From an uncultured archaeon (GTDB taxonomy: Archaea; Thermoplasmatota; Penumbrarchaeia; JASLWR01), in contig CAYFHS010000015.1 of NCBI GenBank assembly GCA_964342815.1, positions 23,797-87,796 of the forward strand: a stretch of DNA of 64,000 nt. Reading direction: 5' to 3'. Within the stretch, counting starts at the first letter, position 1. The number at the start of each line of letters is the position of its first letter. The position numbers were made by a program, and so were the translations under genes. Shown here one piece after another: positions 9,750-20,521 of this stretch. Below the pieces are notes generated by a model. The model was not told where the DNA came from and did no database searches. It saw only the letters and a list, made by a program, of their open reading frames with translations.

Positions 9750-10691
9750 ATGAAAAAACAGCACAGTCAGATCGGTGAAGTCAAATCGGCCATGGAATCT
9801 GATAAGCGAGCCAAGGAAGCCTATTCCGTTACAATTATTGGGATGGTTCTTAATATCATCCTGACGATACTTAAAATTATCATCGGTTTGATGGGGAAAA
9901 GCAGTGCACTAGTGGCCGACGGTTTTCATTCACTTTCCGATCTAGGCTCGGATATAGCGGTTTTACTGGGTTTTAGAGCAGCAAAAAAGCCCAGGGACGA
10001 TTGTCACAATTACGGTCACGGCAAGTTCGAAACCCTCACTACCATTGTAATCGGTCTCATGCTCCTCGGAGCCGCGGCAGGAATTATTTTATCCGCTTTG
10101 GGTAATATATTGAATGCCATGGAAGGACAGACCCTTCCAAAGCCAGGCTGGATCACTCTTGGAGTTGTAGCAATTTCCATTCTAACGAAGGAATGGATGT
10201 ACCGGTATACTGTCTCGGTAGGCAAAAGGATAAACAGCAAACTGCTTATTGCAAATGCTTGGCATCATAGATCCGATTCTCTTTCCTCAATAGGGGCACT
10301 AATAGGAATTGGAGGCGCGATAATACTTGATGGAAGGTGGCGGATTCTCGATCCCCTGGCCGCATTGATAGTTGGTCTTTTCATTGTAAAGATCGCAATA
10401 GGTCTGATAAAAGAAAGTATGGAGGAACTTCTGGAAAAATCTCTCGATGATAAGACCGTGGATAATATAATCAAGATCGTAAAGGGAACAGAAGGGGTTG
10501 ACGATCAACATAAACTGAAAACCCGCAGGGTAGGGCACTGCATTGCCATAGACGTCCATGTGATTGTGAATGCAAACCTTACTGTAGCGCAAAGTCACGA
10601 TATCGCAACAAATGTCGAAAAAAATCTTAAAAAGAAATTCGGGAAGGAAACGATCATTTCGATCCATATCGAACCTTCTCGAAGTGAGTAA
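9750..10691 (+). CDS. Cation diffusion facilitator (FieF/CDF family) metal transporter
   Basis: SSALVADGFHSLSD, HNYGHGKFE and ANAWHHRSD motifs, plus C-terminal dimerisation domain (IDVHV...HDIA...IHIEP). Confidence 0.93.
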   Translation: MKKQHSQIGEVKSAMESDKRAKEAYSVTIIGMVLNIILTILKIIIGLMGKSSALVADGFHSLSDLGSDIAVLLGFRAAKKPRDDCHNYGHGKFETLTTIVIGLMLLGAAAGIILSALGNILNAMEGQTLPKPGWITLGVVAISILTKEWMYRYTVSVGKRINSKLLIANAWHHRSDSLSSIGALIGIGGAIILDGRWRILDPLAALIVGLFIVKIAIGLIKESMEELLEKSLDDKTVDNIIKIVKGTEGVDDQHKLKTRRVGHCIAIDVHVIVNANLTVAQSHDIATNVEKNLKKKFGKETIISIHIEPSRSE

Positions 10692-10792
10692 CAGGGTCCG
10701 GAGTTTCAAATCATGGGAATAAAGATAAATTAGATAGTAGCTCTCCAGGTCAAGCTCCAGGTGAAAAAAACACAGAAAGGAGATAGAAAATT

Positions 10793-10999
10793 ATGCCAGT
10801 AATAATATATGAAGGTCCAAAGATAAATAAGAGTCAAAGTGAAACACTTGTCAAAGGATTCACGGAAGTAGCACACAATGCCATGCCTGAGATTCCCAAA
10901 GAGGCTTTTTACGTTTTCATACGGGAGTATCCGGAGGATAAAGTTGGAGTTGGTGGATTATTGCTTCCCGATTTCCTGGCCAAAATGCGAGGTGAATGA
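10793..10999 (+). CDS. dmpI: 4-oxalocrotonate tautomerase family protein
   Basis: Starts M-P-V-I (catalytic Pro1); ~68 aa; VFIRE...VGVGG.L motif; RBS GAAAGGAG upstream. Confidence 0.85.
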   Translation: MPVIIYEGPKINKSQSETLVKGFTEVAHNAMPEIPKEAFYVFIREYPEDKVGVGGLLLPDFLAKMRGE

Positions 11000-11043
11000 G
11001 AATTTTTATATGGAATTTTTAAAGAGTGATCAGAGAACAGAAT

Positions 11044-13287
11044 TTATAATATTTTATTACCGGCTATGACGTTCTGACCTGCGGAAATCCCCCCATCGCC
11101 GTTTGGCAATCGGTTATGCAAGAGAAGTTGCAGGTTTGGATATTTTTTCATTTCTCCCTGAATCATCCTTATAATTGGCTCGTTGTACGACACACCCCCG
11201 GTGACGCCAATATACTTTATTCCCTGGCAGGATGCATGTTCGCATGCCACCCTCGTCATCTCCCCTACCATTGTGTAAACAAGAGAATGAGCAATGTCGC
11301 ATTTCTTGATGAAATCCATTTCTTTCGGCGGCCCGTGCGAAAAGATCTGTTCGAACAGGGGAAGGGTCTCTATCACCGAACATTCCCCTCCTCTCGTAGT
11401 TTTCTCGAAATTATATTTATGCCGTCCCATGGCGAGGTACTTCTCTAGTTTCATTGCGGGCTCGCCGTCATATGTGCGGTAATGGCAGATATCGAGATAT
11501 GCCGAAAGCGCATCGAGCACACGACCTGTGCTGCTTGTCAGAATGCTTTTATTAAGCAATTTTTTAAAAATATCCATTTCGGTATCGGAATAATTGGGAA
11601 AGTCGAGGTCGCTTTCGGTAAGTTCCGAAATGGCGAAAACAAGCCTCCTTACATCTCGTATTGCCTTTTCACCGCCCAGTAAAGGAATATTCTCGAGCTG
11701 CCCGATCCTTTTGTAATCCTCAAAGGAGGAGTCAATAATCTCGCCGCCCCATACATTACCGTCCGGGCCGTAACCGCTGCCGTCAAGAGCCAGCGCCACC
11801 ATTCTCCCGTCGATCCCGTTGTCCAGAGCCAGGGATGCAGCGTGAGCCCAGTGGTGTTGTACATCCAAAATCTCGCAGTCGAATTTCTTTCGGTATTCCT
11901 CCGCCTCGGCCCTGGTTGCGTATCGCGGGTGAAGGTCCCTTGCAACGCAATCCAGCTCCTCGATACCCAGAAGACCGCACATGTGGTCAGTGGCTTCCTC
12001 GAGGAAAAGAAGCGTATCGTAATTTTTTGTATTACCTATATACTGCGAGAGAAATATCTTACGTCGTTTCGATAAGGCCGTCACCACGTTCTCCTCGGCT
12101 CCCAAGGAGAGGATGGTACTTGGATAGTCAACATCAATGGGTTCCGGCACAAAGCTCCTGGATTTTCTAAGATAAAAGAGATTCTCATCAATAGTACGAA
12201 TTACACTGTCATCCACCCTTTGCACTATATCCCGGTCATGCAACAAATAACAATCGAGCCCCAGATCAAAGGAACTTTTGTTCTCGATGCATATCGGCTC
12301 GCCAGGGAGATTTGCGGAAGTGGCAACTATCCCGTCTCCGGAAAAATAACGAAAAAGAAGAAGGTGGGCAGGTGAATAGGGCAGCATCACCCCCACTGTA
12401 TCCAATCCCGGGGAGATCATTTCCATTATCTCCGATTCTACGTTTCTTTTTTTAAGTAGTACGATGGGTCTTTTGTGGGACGTCAATAATCCTTCGTCGG
12501 CGGGTGTGAGTCTCGTGTAGCTCCGTACCGCATCCATATCCCTCATCATCACCGCGAATGCCTTTTCAGGCCTGCGGTACAATTCCCTCATCCTCGGGAT
12601 AGACGCAAAATTACCACATATATGCATCCCTCCCCAGCTCTTCATCACCCCCACTTTTCCCTCATCCATATATTCTGCAAATTCCTCAAAACATCTTTCC
12701 TGGTTGGTTTCCGCAACATTTCCATCAGCATCATAGAGAATAAACTTAGGACCGCATTCTGGACAGGCCGTGGTCTGGGCATGGAAACGTCGGTTCCCGG
12801 GATCTATATATTCATCCTGACAGTTCAAGCACATATCAAACCCGACCATAGAGGTCTTCGGCCGGTCGTAGGGGACATCCCTGATAAGTGAATACCTGGC
12901 GCCACAGTCGGTACAGTTAATGAATGGGTATAGGTATCTTCGGTCCGACTCAGAAAAAAGTTCACTAGTACAGTTGTAACAGAGAGCTGAATCCGCCGGG
13001 ATCACGGATGATCTTTCACCTGTCCTCGACATAAGGATTGTGAATTTTTTGTAATCATCCATATCCACATCGTCGCTGGTCTCAGTTGTTATATTTTCGA
13101 TCTTTGCGAGAGGAGGCAAATCAAGTTTCAATCGTTCGATAAATTTCTTATGGTCACCATCCAGAACCACTTCTACATTGGATCCGTTATTCCGAACGTA
13201 TCCGGAAAAGCCCATAGCAGTGGCGATATTGTAGACGCAGGGCCTGAAACCCACGCCCTGAACGACTCCGGTCACTCGGATCCGCAT
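11044..13287 (-). CDS. hypF: Carbamoyltransferase HypF
   Basis: Acylphosphatase domain GVVQGVGFRP, two Zn fingers (CxxC...NCTDCG; CxxC...ACPECG), YrdC domain, and HHWAH / DGSGYG Kae1-like motifs. Confidence 0.97.
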   Translation of the reverse strand: MRIRVTGVVQGVGFRPCVYNIATAMGFSGYVRNNGSNVEVVLDGDHKKFIERLKLDLPPLAKIENITTETSDDVDMDDYKKFTILMSRTGERSSVIPADSALCYNCTSELFSESDRRYLYPFINCTDCGARYSLIRDVPYDRPKTSMVGFDMCLNCQDEYIDPGNRRFHAQTTACPECGPKFILYDADGNVAETNQERCFEEFAEYMDEGKVGVMKSWGGMHICGNFASIPRMRELYRRPEKAFAVMMRDMDAVRSYTRLTPADEGLLTSHKRPIVLLKKRNVESEIMEMISPGLDTVGVMLPYSPAHLLLFRYFSGDGIVATSANLPGEPICIENKSSFDLGLDCYLLHDRDIVQRVDDSVIRTIDENLFYLRKSRSFVPEPIDVDYPSTILSLGAEENVVTALSKRRKIFLSQYIGNTKNYDTLLFLEEATDHMCGLLGIEELDCVARDLHPRYATRAEAEEYRKKFDCEILDVQHHWAHAASLALDNGIDGRMVALALDGSGYGPDGNVWGGEIIDSSFEDYKRIGQLENIPLLGGEKAIRDVRRLVFAISELTESDLDFPNYSDTEMDIFKKLLNKSILTSSTGRVLDALSAYLDICHYRTYDGEPAMKLEKYLAMGRHKYNFEKTTRGGECSVIETLPLFEQIFSHGPPKEMDFIKKCDIAHSLVYTMVGEMTRVACEHASCQGIKYIGVTGGVSYNEPIIRMIQGEMKKYPNLQLLLHNRLPNGDGGISAGQNVIAGNKIL

Positions 13288-13310
13288 GGTGATTACCTAC
13301 CAAGATGATT

Positions 13311-13979
13311 TCAGTTTCCGCCGCCGGTCAAACCCATTGCCTCCATCAGCTCTTCGATGCCGTCCCCGTGTCTGGCATCTGTTAGAATCACAGGTAAACC
13401 GGGATCCACTGCCTTGATGTCCGATAATAGTCCTTGTGGGTCCACTTCCATGACTCCTGCAAGGTCGATCTTGTTGATTACAGCCAGATCAAGACACTGA
13501 AAGATCATTGGGTGCTTTCGTACCATGTCATCCCCTTCAGTGACAGAAATGACCATGACCCTCATTGTTGTTCCTAATGGAAAGTCAGCAGGACACACGA
13601 TATTACCCACGTTCTCTATGAAGAGAGTTTCTAGATTATTAAGGTCCATGTCATGTAGTGCGTGCTCCACCATATGGGCGTCAAGATGACATTCCTTACC
13701 GGTGTTCAGGTTGACCACGGGGAGGCCGTGAGCCCGGTACCGCCGGTAATCATCATCCCCTGCCACGTCCCCCGCTATCACGCCGATCTTCATCTTATCG
13801 GCTAGTTTATCAGATATAGCCTCTATCAACTTCGTTTTTCCGGAACCCACGGGGCCAAGAAAATCATAACTCTTGATATTATGTCGATCCAGATGTGCCA
13901 GATTTCCTGTGGCGATCCTTTCATTTTCCGAAAAAATATTGTTGCACAGGTCTATGGTGATTTCATGCATTACAACCAA
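13311..13979 (-). CDS. hypB: Hydrogenase nickel-incorporation GTPase HypB
   Basis: P-loop GPVGSGKT; motifs TGKECHLDAH, ENVGNIVCP and NKID. Confidence 0.96.
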   Translation of the reverse strand: MVVMHEITIDLCNNIFSENERIATGNLAHLDRHNIKSYDFLGPVGSGKTKLIEAISDKLADKMKIGVIAGDVAGDDDYRRYRAHGLPVVNLNTGKECHLDAHMVEHALHDMDLNNLETLFIENVGNIVCPADFPLGTTMRVMVISVTEGDDMVRKHPMIFQCLDLAVINKIDLAGVMEVDPQGLLSDIKAVDPGLPVILTDARHGDGIEELMEAMGLTGGGN

Positions 13980-14004
13980 CCTCTTCGTGAATCACTTTCC
14001 GCCC

Positions 14005-15081
14005 CTAGCAGATCCTCGGTATGGGATCGCCAATTGGAGCTTCCACCATTCTCTTTCCCCCGATTACGGTTTTCATAACAACCCCCCGTACGCTCCTAGT
14101 GGCAGTACCAATGATCATTGCATCCTTTCCCTCGGGTCTCCTTTTTATAGCCTCCAGAACCTCCTGAGCCAATCCGGGGACTACTCCCATGACCACCTTG
14201 CCCTCGTTACCTATCTCAAGAGGGTCAAGGCCAAGCATTTCGCAGGCACTTTGCACCCCGCTCATTATAGGAACCGCTTCCTCATGGATGAGAATACCCA
14301 GCTTGGATTTTTCCGCCATCTCGTTCAGGGTGTTTGCAAGCCCACCTCTCGTGGGATCTTTCATTCCAACGACACCTCCCACCTTAAGCGAATCCTCTAT
14401 CAATTTATTAAGGGGAGCCACGTCGCTGATTATCTCCGAGCTGAATTGATAACCTTCCCTGAAGGACAGAAGCGCTATGCCGTGATCTCCCATGGTTCCA
14501 GTAACAATTATCGAATCTCCTTCCGACAGGTTGGAATCCTGCAACCAGTTACCTTTGAAATCCCTGTGCTCCCTCACAGTATCAAAATTGCCGTCAAGCC
14601 ATTCAGACCTTCGACCGATTCCGCTGGTGTTGATGACCATCTTGTCAATAGCGCCATTCTCCACCACTTTCGTGTCCCCGGTTATTATCGGTACCTGGGC
14701 AAGCTCGCATGTTCGGGCAATACTCTCAACTATCCGTTCTAACTCCGATATGGAATAACCGTTCTCAATGACCATCGCAAGTGACAGGGCGAGGGGGTCC
14801 GCACCCATAACAGCCACGTCGTTCACGGTACCTGCTACTGACAGGCTGCCGATATCGCCTCCAGGAAAGAAGAGGGGTTTAACAGTATGTGAATCAGTGG
14901 TAAAAACAATCCCGTCAATGACAGCCCCGTCGTCCATTGCCCCCAGCGGAACCTCTATCTTCGAGCTTTTCATTTCATCACACAATGGCTCCAGGTGATT
15001 GAGGAATCTTGAAGATATCAATTCCTGCATCACACGACCGCCTGCTCCGTGGGAGAGCATTATTCGTTCGTCATCTACCAT
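14005..15081 (-). CDS. hypE: Hydrogenase maturation protein HypE
   Basis: HGAGG, DDGAV, TTDSHTVKPLFFPGGDIG, DPTRGG, and the C-terminal PRIC motif. Confidence 0.97.
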   Translation of the reverse strand: MVDDERIMLSHGAGGRVMQELISSRFLNHLEPLCDEMKSSKIEVPLGAMDDGAVIDGIVFTTDSHTVKPLFFPGGDIGSLSVAGTVNDVAVMGADPLALSLAMVIENGYSISELERIVESIARTCELAQVPIITGDTKVVENGAIDKMVINTSGIGRRSEWLDGNFDTVREHRDFKGNWLQDSNLSEGDSIIVTGTMGDHGIALLSFREGYQFSSEIISDVAPLNKLIEDSLKVGGVVGMKDPTRGGLANTLNEMAEKSKLGILIHEEAVPIMSGVQSACEMLGLDPLEIGNEGKVVMGVVPGLAQEVLEAIKRRPEGKDAMIIGTATRSVRGVVMKTVIGGKRMVEAPIGDPIPRIC

Positions 15082-15085
15082 GTTT

Positions 15086-16174
15086 TCACCCGTAGCGACC
15101 GTATTTCAACATGATGTTGCACGACCCTTCGGAGGTAACCATGCATGGACCAACAGGATTCTGCGGTGTACACACCTTTCCGAAAAGCGGGCATTCGTGG
15201 GAATGGATCAATCCTCTCAACACCTCCCCGCATCTGCAACCCTTGGGCTCTGTGAATTCCCTCCCCCTGAGTTCGAGTAGATCATCCTCAAACCTGACCC
15301 TTGCATCGTGCATTTCGTATTTCTTTCTGATACGCGAACCGCTAGCAGGTATTACTCCGAAACCTCGCCAACTAACATCGCAGACCTCAAAAACCGTTTC
15401 CATTAGTTTGATGGCTTTAAGATTCCCATGAGACCTGACAGCTCTTCCATAACCGTTTATCAATTTTCCCTCGCCCCTATTCACCTGAAGCGCCAGCTGG
15501 TATACTGCCATCATCAGGTCTAGGGGTTCGAAGCCGGTGATGACCTGGGGAACTCCGTATTCCGTTGAAAGGAACTCATATGGTGTTGAGCCGATAATGG
15601 TGGAAACATGTCCTGGTTCGATCAATCCGTCAAGTTTCAACTCACCCATCTCAACGATACCCTTCAGGGCAGGGGGGACCAATCGATGTGTGCACAATAT
15701 CGAGAAATTCGAAGGTAAACCCTCTTTTCCGGATAGCACTGCAGCGGTGGATGGTGCTGTGGTCTCGAATCCAATGGCCATGAAAACGACCTCGTGTCCG
15801 GGATTATCCCGTGCGATCACCACTGCATCGTCGATACTGTAGACCATTCTTACGTCCGCACCCCGGGATTGCATGTCAAAGAGTGTGAACTTTTCCCCGG
15901 GCACCCTCATCATATCGCCGAAGACAGTTATGGTCTTGCCCTTCTGGGCCAGGAGCATAACCTCCTCGATCTCTTCCGGAGGTGTAACGCAGACGGGACA
16001 ACCGGGACCCTGACGGATATCCACACCAAGATCCAGGATCAATGAATCGATTCCGTACCTGATGAAGGTATCCTGGTGCCCTCCACAAACATGCATAAGA
16101 GTTATATCGAGGTCCATTTCCTTCAATTTTGTTACGATCCGGTCGGCAATTTCCTTGTCACGATACTTGAACAT
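15086..16174 (-). CDS. hypD: Hydrogenase maturation protein HypD
   Basis: MHVCGGH, GPGCPVC, GFETT, PGHVS and the CRCG...C...C...PCMV cluster motif. Start moved to the ATG at 16174, which has GGAGG upstream. Confidence 0.96.
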   Translation of the reverse strand: MFKYRDKEIADRIVTKLKEMDLDITLMHVCGGHQDTFIRYGIDSLILDLGVDIRQGPGCPVCVTPPEEIEEVMLLAQKGKTITVFGDMMRVPGEKFTLFDMQSRGADVRMVYSIDDAVVIARDNPGHEVVFMAIGFETTAPSTAAVLSGKEGLPSNFSILCTHRLVPPALKGIVEMGELKLDGLIEPGHVSTIIGSTPYEFLSTEYGVPQVITGFEPLDLMMAVYQLALQVNRGEGKLINGYGRAVRSHGNLKAIKLMETVFEVCDVSWRGFGVIPASGSRIRKKYEMHDARVRFEDDLLELRGREFTEPKGCRCGEVLRGLIHSHECPLFGKVCTPQNPVGPCMVTSEGSCNIMLKYGRYG

Positions 16175-16607
16175 CGGGTACCTCCATTGTAATATTACGA
16201 ATAATACATTCCTTGCCGGTGGTGATATTGGGTACGGCATTGCATACCGGACATGAAATTAAGGGAAATATCTGATGAAAATCAGGTGTTTCCGAGTATT
16301 TTAGATCACCCTCATACCCGCAAACACATTGGATTGCGGCTTTTTTTTTCTTGACAATCAATTCTGCATTTTTCAGTATAGAAGAGCTTGCTGACGAGCC
16401 ACAATTTCGATTAGGGTTCATAAGACTCGGATTTTCAAGCAAGACACCATTTTTCAACACGTCAAAGGCGAATCCTAATTGTTCCTCTCCCAAAAATGTT
16501 AGTTCGCCTATTTCAAGAAATATTTTTGTTACCTCAGTCGCCCCATTCTTCTCTGCTTCAGCGATAACTGACCCCAGAATCTGGTTCATAACTGAGAGTT
16601 CATGCAC
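16158..16607 (-). CDS. hypA: Hydrogenase nickel chaperone HypA (with a 21-aa internal insertion)
   Basis: MHELS start (Ni site), IGELTF, Zn ligands CVCG and CPVC, GKECII. Confidence 0.93.
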   Translation of the reverse strand: MHELSVMNQILGSVIAEAEKNGATEVTKIFLEIGELTFLGEEQLGFAFDVLKNGVLLENPSLMNPNRNCGSSASSSILKNAELIVKKKKAAIQCVCGYEGDLKYSETPDFHQIFPLISCPVCNAVPNITTGKECIIRNITMEVPDVQVS

Positions 16608-16630
16608 CTTTGATCCCTACCTCGCTTCTT

Positions 16631-16876
16631 TCATTCAATTTCACCGTGCTTTGATGCATCATCTTCCACAGAAAGAAGTTCGTCCCACAGTCGAAGCGTC
16701 ACTTCTGCTTCTTTCCTGTCCATAACCTGGATCGCATAACCAGCATGAACCAGAACGTATTGACCTACATCAACTTCGACCAAAGTAATGTTCACTGCCT
16801 TGATCAACCCACCGTAATCCACCTCTGCCCTATTTCCTGTTTTCTCCAATACTTTACCGGGGATCGCTAAACACAT
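16631..16876 (-). CDS. hypC: Hydrogenase chaperone HypC
   Basis: MCLAIPG start (conserved Cys2) and VLVHAGYAI. Confidence 0.96.
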   Translation of the reverse strand: MCLAIPGKVLEKTGNRAEVDYGGLIKAVNITLVEVDVGQYVLVHAGYAIQVMDRKEAEVTLRLWDELLSVEDDASKHGEIE

Positions 16877-17236
16877 GACCACTCTTAAAACTCTCTACCT
16901 ATTTTAAGGTTATAACGAAATTGCCGACTATTGAAATCCTTCCAAGTAAAAAATAAGTTCGAATATTCCATTAATTCAGTTTTGCACAATCGATTGTTAT
17001 TTTTCGGTATAAAGTCTGAATCCATACTGTCCGAAAATACACAATCGTTAAAACTAACCTCATTTCATCCAACAAATTATTTAAATTACGACATAAATGT
17101 TCAGCTTGTATATTGTTAAAGTAATCCAGGTTTATAATTGAATTTCCACTGCGTTGCTTACGGAGTACCGGTCACTTGAAATAAGCCGTGTGTTTGGTAA
17201 GTATATCAAAAAAATCCGTCGTAATGGAGGGGTAGA

Positions 17237-19264
17237 ATGTCAATTGATGAGAATTCCGAAAGCGAAGAGCCGAAAGTGGGTGTTTACGTTTGTGAGTGCG
17301 GCATCAATATCAGTGCCGTTGTAGACGTTCAGGATGTATCGAAATACAACGAAACTCTTCAAAATGTCGTTACGAGCAAAGTTTACAAATACATGTGTTC
17401 CGACCCAGGACAGAACATGATCAAAAAGGATATCGAGGAATTGGGGCTTAACAGGGTAGTGGTGGCATCTTGTTCACCCCGTATGCATGAACCGACTTTC
17501 AGGAACGCAGTGGCTGACGGCGGATTGAATCCATATCTCTTTGAAATGACAAACATTCGCGAACATTGCTCCTGGGTACATAAAGATTCCCCGGAGGAAG
17601 CCACTGAAAAGGCAAAAGATCTCATCAGAATGGCAGTGGCAAAAGCAAGATTGCTCGAGCCTTTGGAGAAATCCGAAGTACCGGTGGAACCAACAGCTGT
17701 TGTGATAGGTGCGGGTATAGCTGGGATACAGGCCGCCTTGAGCATAGCCGATAACGGCTTCAAGGTATATCTCGTTGAAAGAACGCCCTCGGTGGGTGGA
17801 CGGATGTCTCAACTGGATAAAACCTTCCCCACTCTGGATTGCTCAGCATGTATACTAACACCGCGCATGGTGGACGTGGCAAGACACCCGAACATTGAGT
17901 TGCTTACCTATTCCGAAGTCACGGAGGTAAGTGGTTACATAGGAAATTTTTCCGTGAAGATCACCAAAAAACCAAGGTATATCGATATTGAAAAATGTGT
18001 AGGCTGCGGACTATGTGCATCCGCCTGTCGTCTTACCGGAAGAATTCCGAATGAATTCAACCTTGGGATGGATAAACGAGCCGTTCCATATATTCCTTTC
18101 CCTCAGGCCGTACCTTTGAAGTTCACCATTGATGGATCCCGTTGTCTCATGGTTACCCGTGGAAAATGTGGAGATCATCCATTGTGTGCTGAAGCATGTG
18201 ATGCCGATGCCATCGATTTCGAGCAAAAACCGGAAGAAATCGAACTCAAGGTAGGTACTATAGTAATCGCCTCGGGATTCGATATGTACGATCCCTCCCA
18301 TAAGCCGGAGTACGGGTACGGAAAGTACAAAAACGTCATTACGGGTTTGGAGTTCGAAAGGCTGGTATCCTCCTCCGGACCAACCGGAGGTCACATTGAG
18401 ATCGAGGGGGTCGAACCAAAAAACGTCGTCCTCATCCAGTGTGTCGGTTCCCGGGAAAGGGAAGAAGGCGGTAATTCTTATTGCTCGAGAGTTTGCTGCA
18501 TGTATACCGCAAAACACGGACACCTTATCCACGAGAAAATACCTGATGCCAATATTACAATCTTATATACTGACGTTAGAGCTTTCGGAAAGGGATTCGA
18601 AGAATTCTACAACCGTGTGAAAGGCGAAGGAGTGAATTATGTAAAGAGAGAACTTGAGGAGCCCATCGAAGTAGTTGCCAAAAATCCCGAGGGGGATGAT
18701 AATCTCCTGATGATAAAAAGTGGTGATGCACCCCCTCTGGAGGCTGACATGGTGGTTCTTGCAACCGCCATCGTCCCAAGGGAGGATGCGAAGAAGAAGA
18801 TCGGCCAGGTATTGAAGATATCTACCGGGGCAGACGGGTTCTTTCTGGAGGCCCATCCCAAATTACGCCCCATCGATACGATCACCAGCGGTATATTTTT
18901 AGCCGGATGCGGTCAAGGTCCGAAAGATATTCCCGATACTGTCGCCCAGGCCTCTGGCGCGGCTAAACGAGCGGCAATACCTCTTGCCCAGGGACGAGTC
19001 GAACTCGAACCTTTGAAATCGTTTCTGGTGGATAAAAACTGCGACGGATGCGCATACTGTATCGATCCCTGTCCGTACAATGCGCTCACGCTCATCGAAT
19101 ACATGAAAAAGGGAGATATGAAAAAAACCGTACAGGTGACCGAAGCTCTATGCCAGGGTTGCGGGGTATGCCAGGCCACCTGTCCCAAGCAGGGTATAGT
19201 TGTTAAGGGCTTCAAATTGGCCCAGTTGAATGCCATGGTCGATGCGGCTCTGGAGGTGGCATAA
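17237..19264 (+). CDS. hdrA: Heterodisulfide reductase subunit A (intact, full length)
   Basis: GVYVCECG, CSPRMHE, NIREHCSWVH, GAGIAG, LDKTFPTLDCSACI, inserted ferredoxin, CSRVCCMY, EAHPKLRP and C-terminal 2[4Fe-4S]. Confidence 0.96.
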   Translation: MSIDENSESEEPKVGVYVCECGINISAVVDVQDVSKYNETLQNVVTSKVYKYMCSDPGQNMIKKDIEELGLNRVVVASCSPRMHEPTFRNAVADGGLNPYLFEMTNIREHCSWVHKDSPEEATEKAKDLIRMAVAKARLLEPLEKSEVPVEPTAVVIGAGIAGIQAALSIADNGFKVYLVERTPSVGGRMSQLDKTFPTLDCSACILTPRMVDVARHPNIELLTYSEVTEVSGYIGNFSVKITKKPRYIDIEKCVGCGLCASACRLTGRIPNEFNLGMDKRAVPYIPFPQAVPLKFTIDGSRCLMVTRGKCGDHPLCAEACDADAIDFEQKPEEIELKVGTIVIASGFDMYDPSHKPEYGYGKYKNVITGLEFERLVSSSGPTGGHIEIEGVEPKNVVLIQCVGSREREEGGNSYCSRVCCMYTAKHGHLIHEKIPDANITILYTDVRAFGKGFEEFYNRVKGEGVNYVKRELEEPIEVVAKNPEGDDNLLMIKSGDAPPLEADMVVLATAIVPREDAKKKIGQVLKISTGADGFFLEAHPKLRPIDTITSGIFLAGCGQGPKDIPDTVAQASGAAKRAAIPLAQGRVELEPLKSFLVDKNCDGCAYCIDPCPYNALTLIEYMKKGDMKKTVQVTEALCQGCGVCQATCPKQGIVVKGFKLAQLNAMVDAALEVA

Positions 19265-20521
19265 ATGAAGATAGGCGTTTATGTCTGTGAATGCGGCATC
19301 AATATTGCTGCAACCGTTGACGTGGAAAAGGTTGTCGAATACGTCAAAGATATACCAAAAGTCGCAGTTACAAGATATTACAAATATATGTGCTCGGACC
19401 CCGGCCAGACCCTTATAAAGAAAGATATTGAGGAGCTTGGCCTTGACCGTGTTGTTGTTGCATCTTGCTCTCCAAGGATGCATGAGCTCACCTTCAGGAC
19501 CGTTTGCAAGGAAGCGGGTCTGAATCCATTCTGTTTCGAGATGGCAAATATACGTGAGCAGTGTTCCTGGGTTCACAAGGACAAAGAGAGAGGTACTGAA
19601 AAGGCGATTTCACTGGTAATGTCTGCAGTGGCACGGGCCGCCCTACTGGAGCCTTTGCAGATGAAAAAAGTTGGAGTAGTACCGAATGCAATGGTCATTG
19701 GCGCAGGTATCGCAGGAATACAGGCGGCATTGGACATAGCTGATACCGGATACAAGACCTACCTCGTGGAGCGGACCGCAAGCGTTGGCGGCAGGATGTC
19801 TCAACTGGATAAAACATTCCCCACGCTGGACTGTTCAGCATGTATATTGACCCCGAAGATGGTGGATGTTGCGAGGCACCCGAATATAGAGTTGTTAACT
19901 TATTCCGAAGTGGAGAACATTGACGGTTACGTGGGTAATTTCAAGGTCCGGGTGAGAAAGAGAGCCCGCTCAGTAGACGAGTCTAAATGTACCGGTTGCG
20001 GAGTTTGTACGGAGAACTGCCCCATATCGCTCCAAATCCAATTACAGGATAAACCCGATGAAGCTCCAGTTGTGAGAGATCGGGAATATATTGAGGAACT
20101 GATTGAGAAGAACTCCTATCACGAGGGACCACTTGTACAGATCATGTTGGAAGTAAACGATAAATACCGATATCTACCTAGAGATGTTCTTGAATATCTA
20201 TCGTATAAACTTGAGATACCCATGACCACGATTTATCGTGTGGCAACTTTCTACAAGTCCTTCAGTCTGGAAAAAAGAGGGAAATTTCACATAAAGATAT
20301 GTCTGGGTACTGCGTGTCATGTAAGAGGGGCGAGGAACATACTCGATAGGGTAAAGAGTTCCATATCCGGTGCTGAGGAAGGTTTGTTTTCCATCGAGAC
20401 AGTCAACTGTCTTGGTGCTTGTGCTCTGGGTCCAATTATGGTGATAAATGATGAGGTTCACGGTAACGTGACAGTAGATAATGTAGATAAAATAATTTCT
20501 AACCTGGGGGTGAATGAATGA
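19265..20521 (+). CDS. Fusion of the HdrA N-terminal half (to CTGCGVCTENCP) with a NuoE/HydC-like [2Fe-2S] subunit
   Basis: Residues ~1-255 are colinear with the upstream HdrA. The C-terminal ~150 aa carry RVATFY..F, ICLGTACHVRG and VNCLGACALGP (NuoE signature). Confidence 0.92.
   Translation: MKIGVYVCECGINIAATVDVEKVVEYVKDIPKVAVTRYYKYMCSDPGQTLIKKDIEELGLDRVVVASCSPRMHELTFRTVCKEAGLNPFCFEMANIREQCSWVHKDKERGTEKAISLVMSAVARAALLEPLQMKKVGVVPNAMVIGAGIAGIQAALDIADTGYKTYLVERTASVGGRMSQLDKTFPTLDCSACILTPKMVDVARHPNIELLTYSEVENIDGYVGNFKVRVRKRARSVDESKCTGCGVCTENCPISLQIQLQDKPDEAPVVRDREYIEELIEKNSYHEGPLVQIMLEVNDKYRYLPRDVLEYLSYKLEIPMTTIYRVATFYKSFSLEKRGKFHIKICLGTACHVRGARNILDRVKSSISGAEEGLFSIETVNCLGACALGPIMVINDEVHGNVTVDNVDKIISNLGVNE

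Noticed and set aside
13873-14742. 289-aa plus-strand ORF
   Set aside because: Antisense shadow of hypE/hypB with no recognisable motifs.
16341-16349. T9 homopolymer in hypA (A9 on the coding strand)
   Set aside because: It encodes in-frame Lys codons and the gene is intact, so there is no evidence of phase variation.
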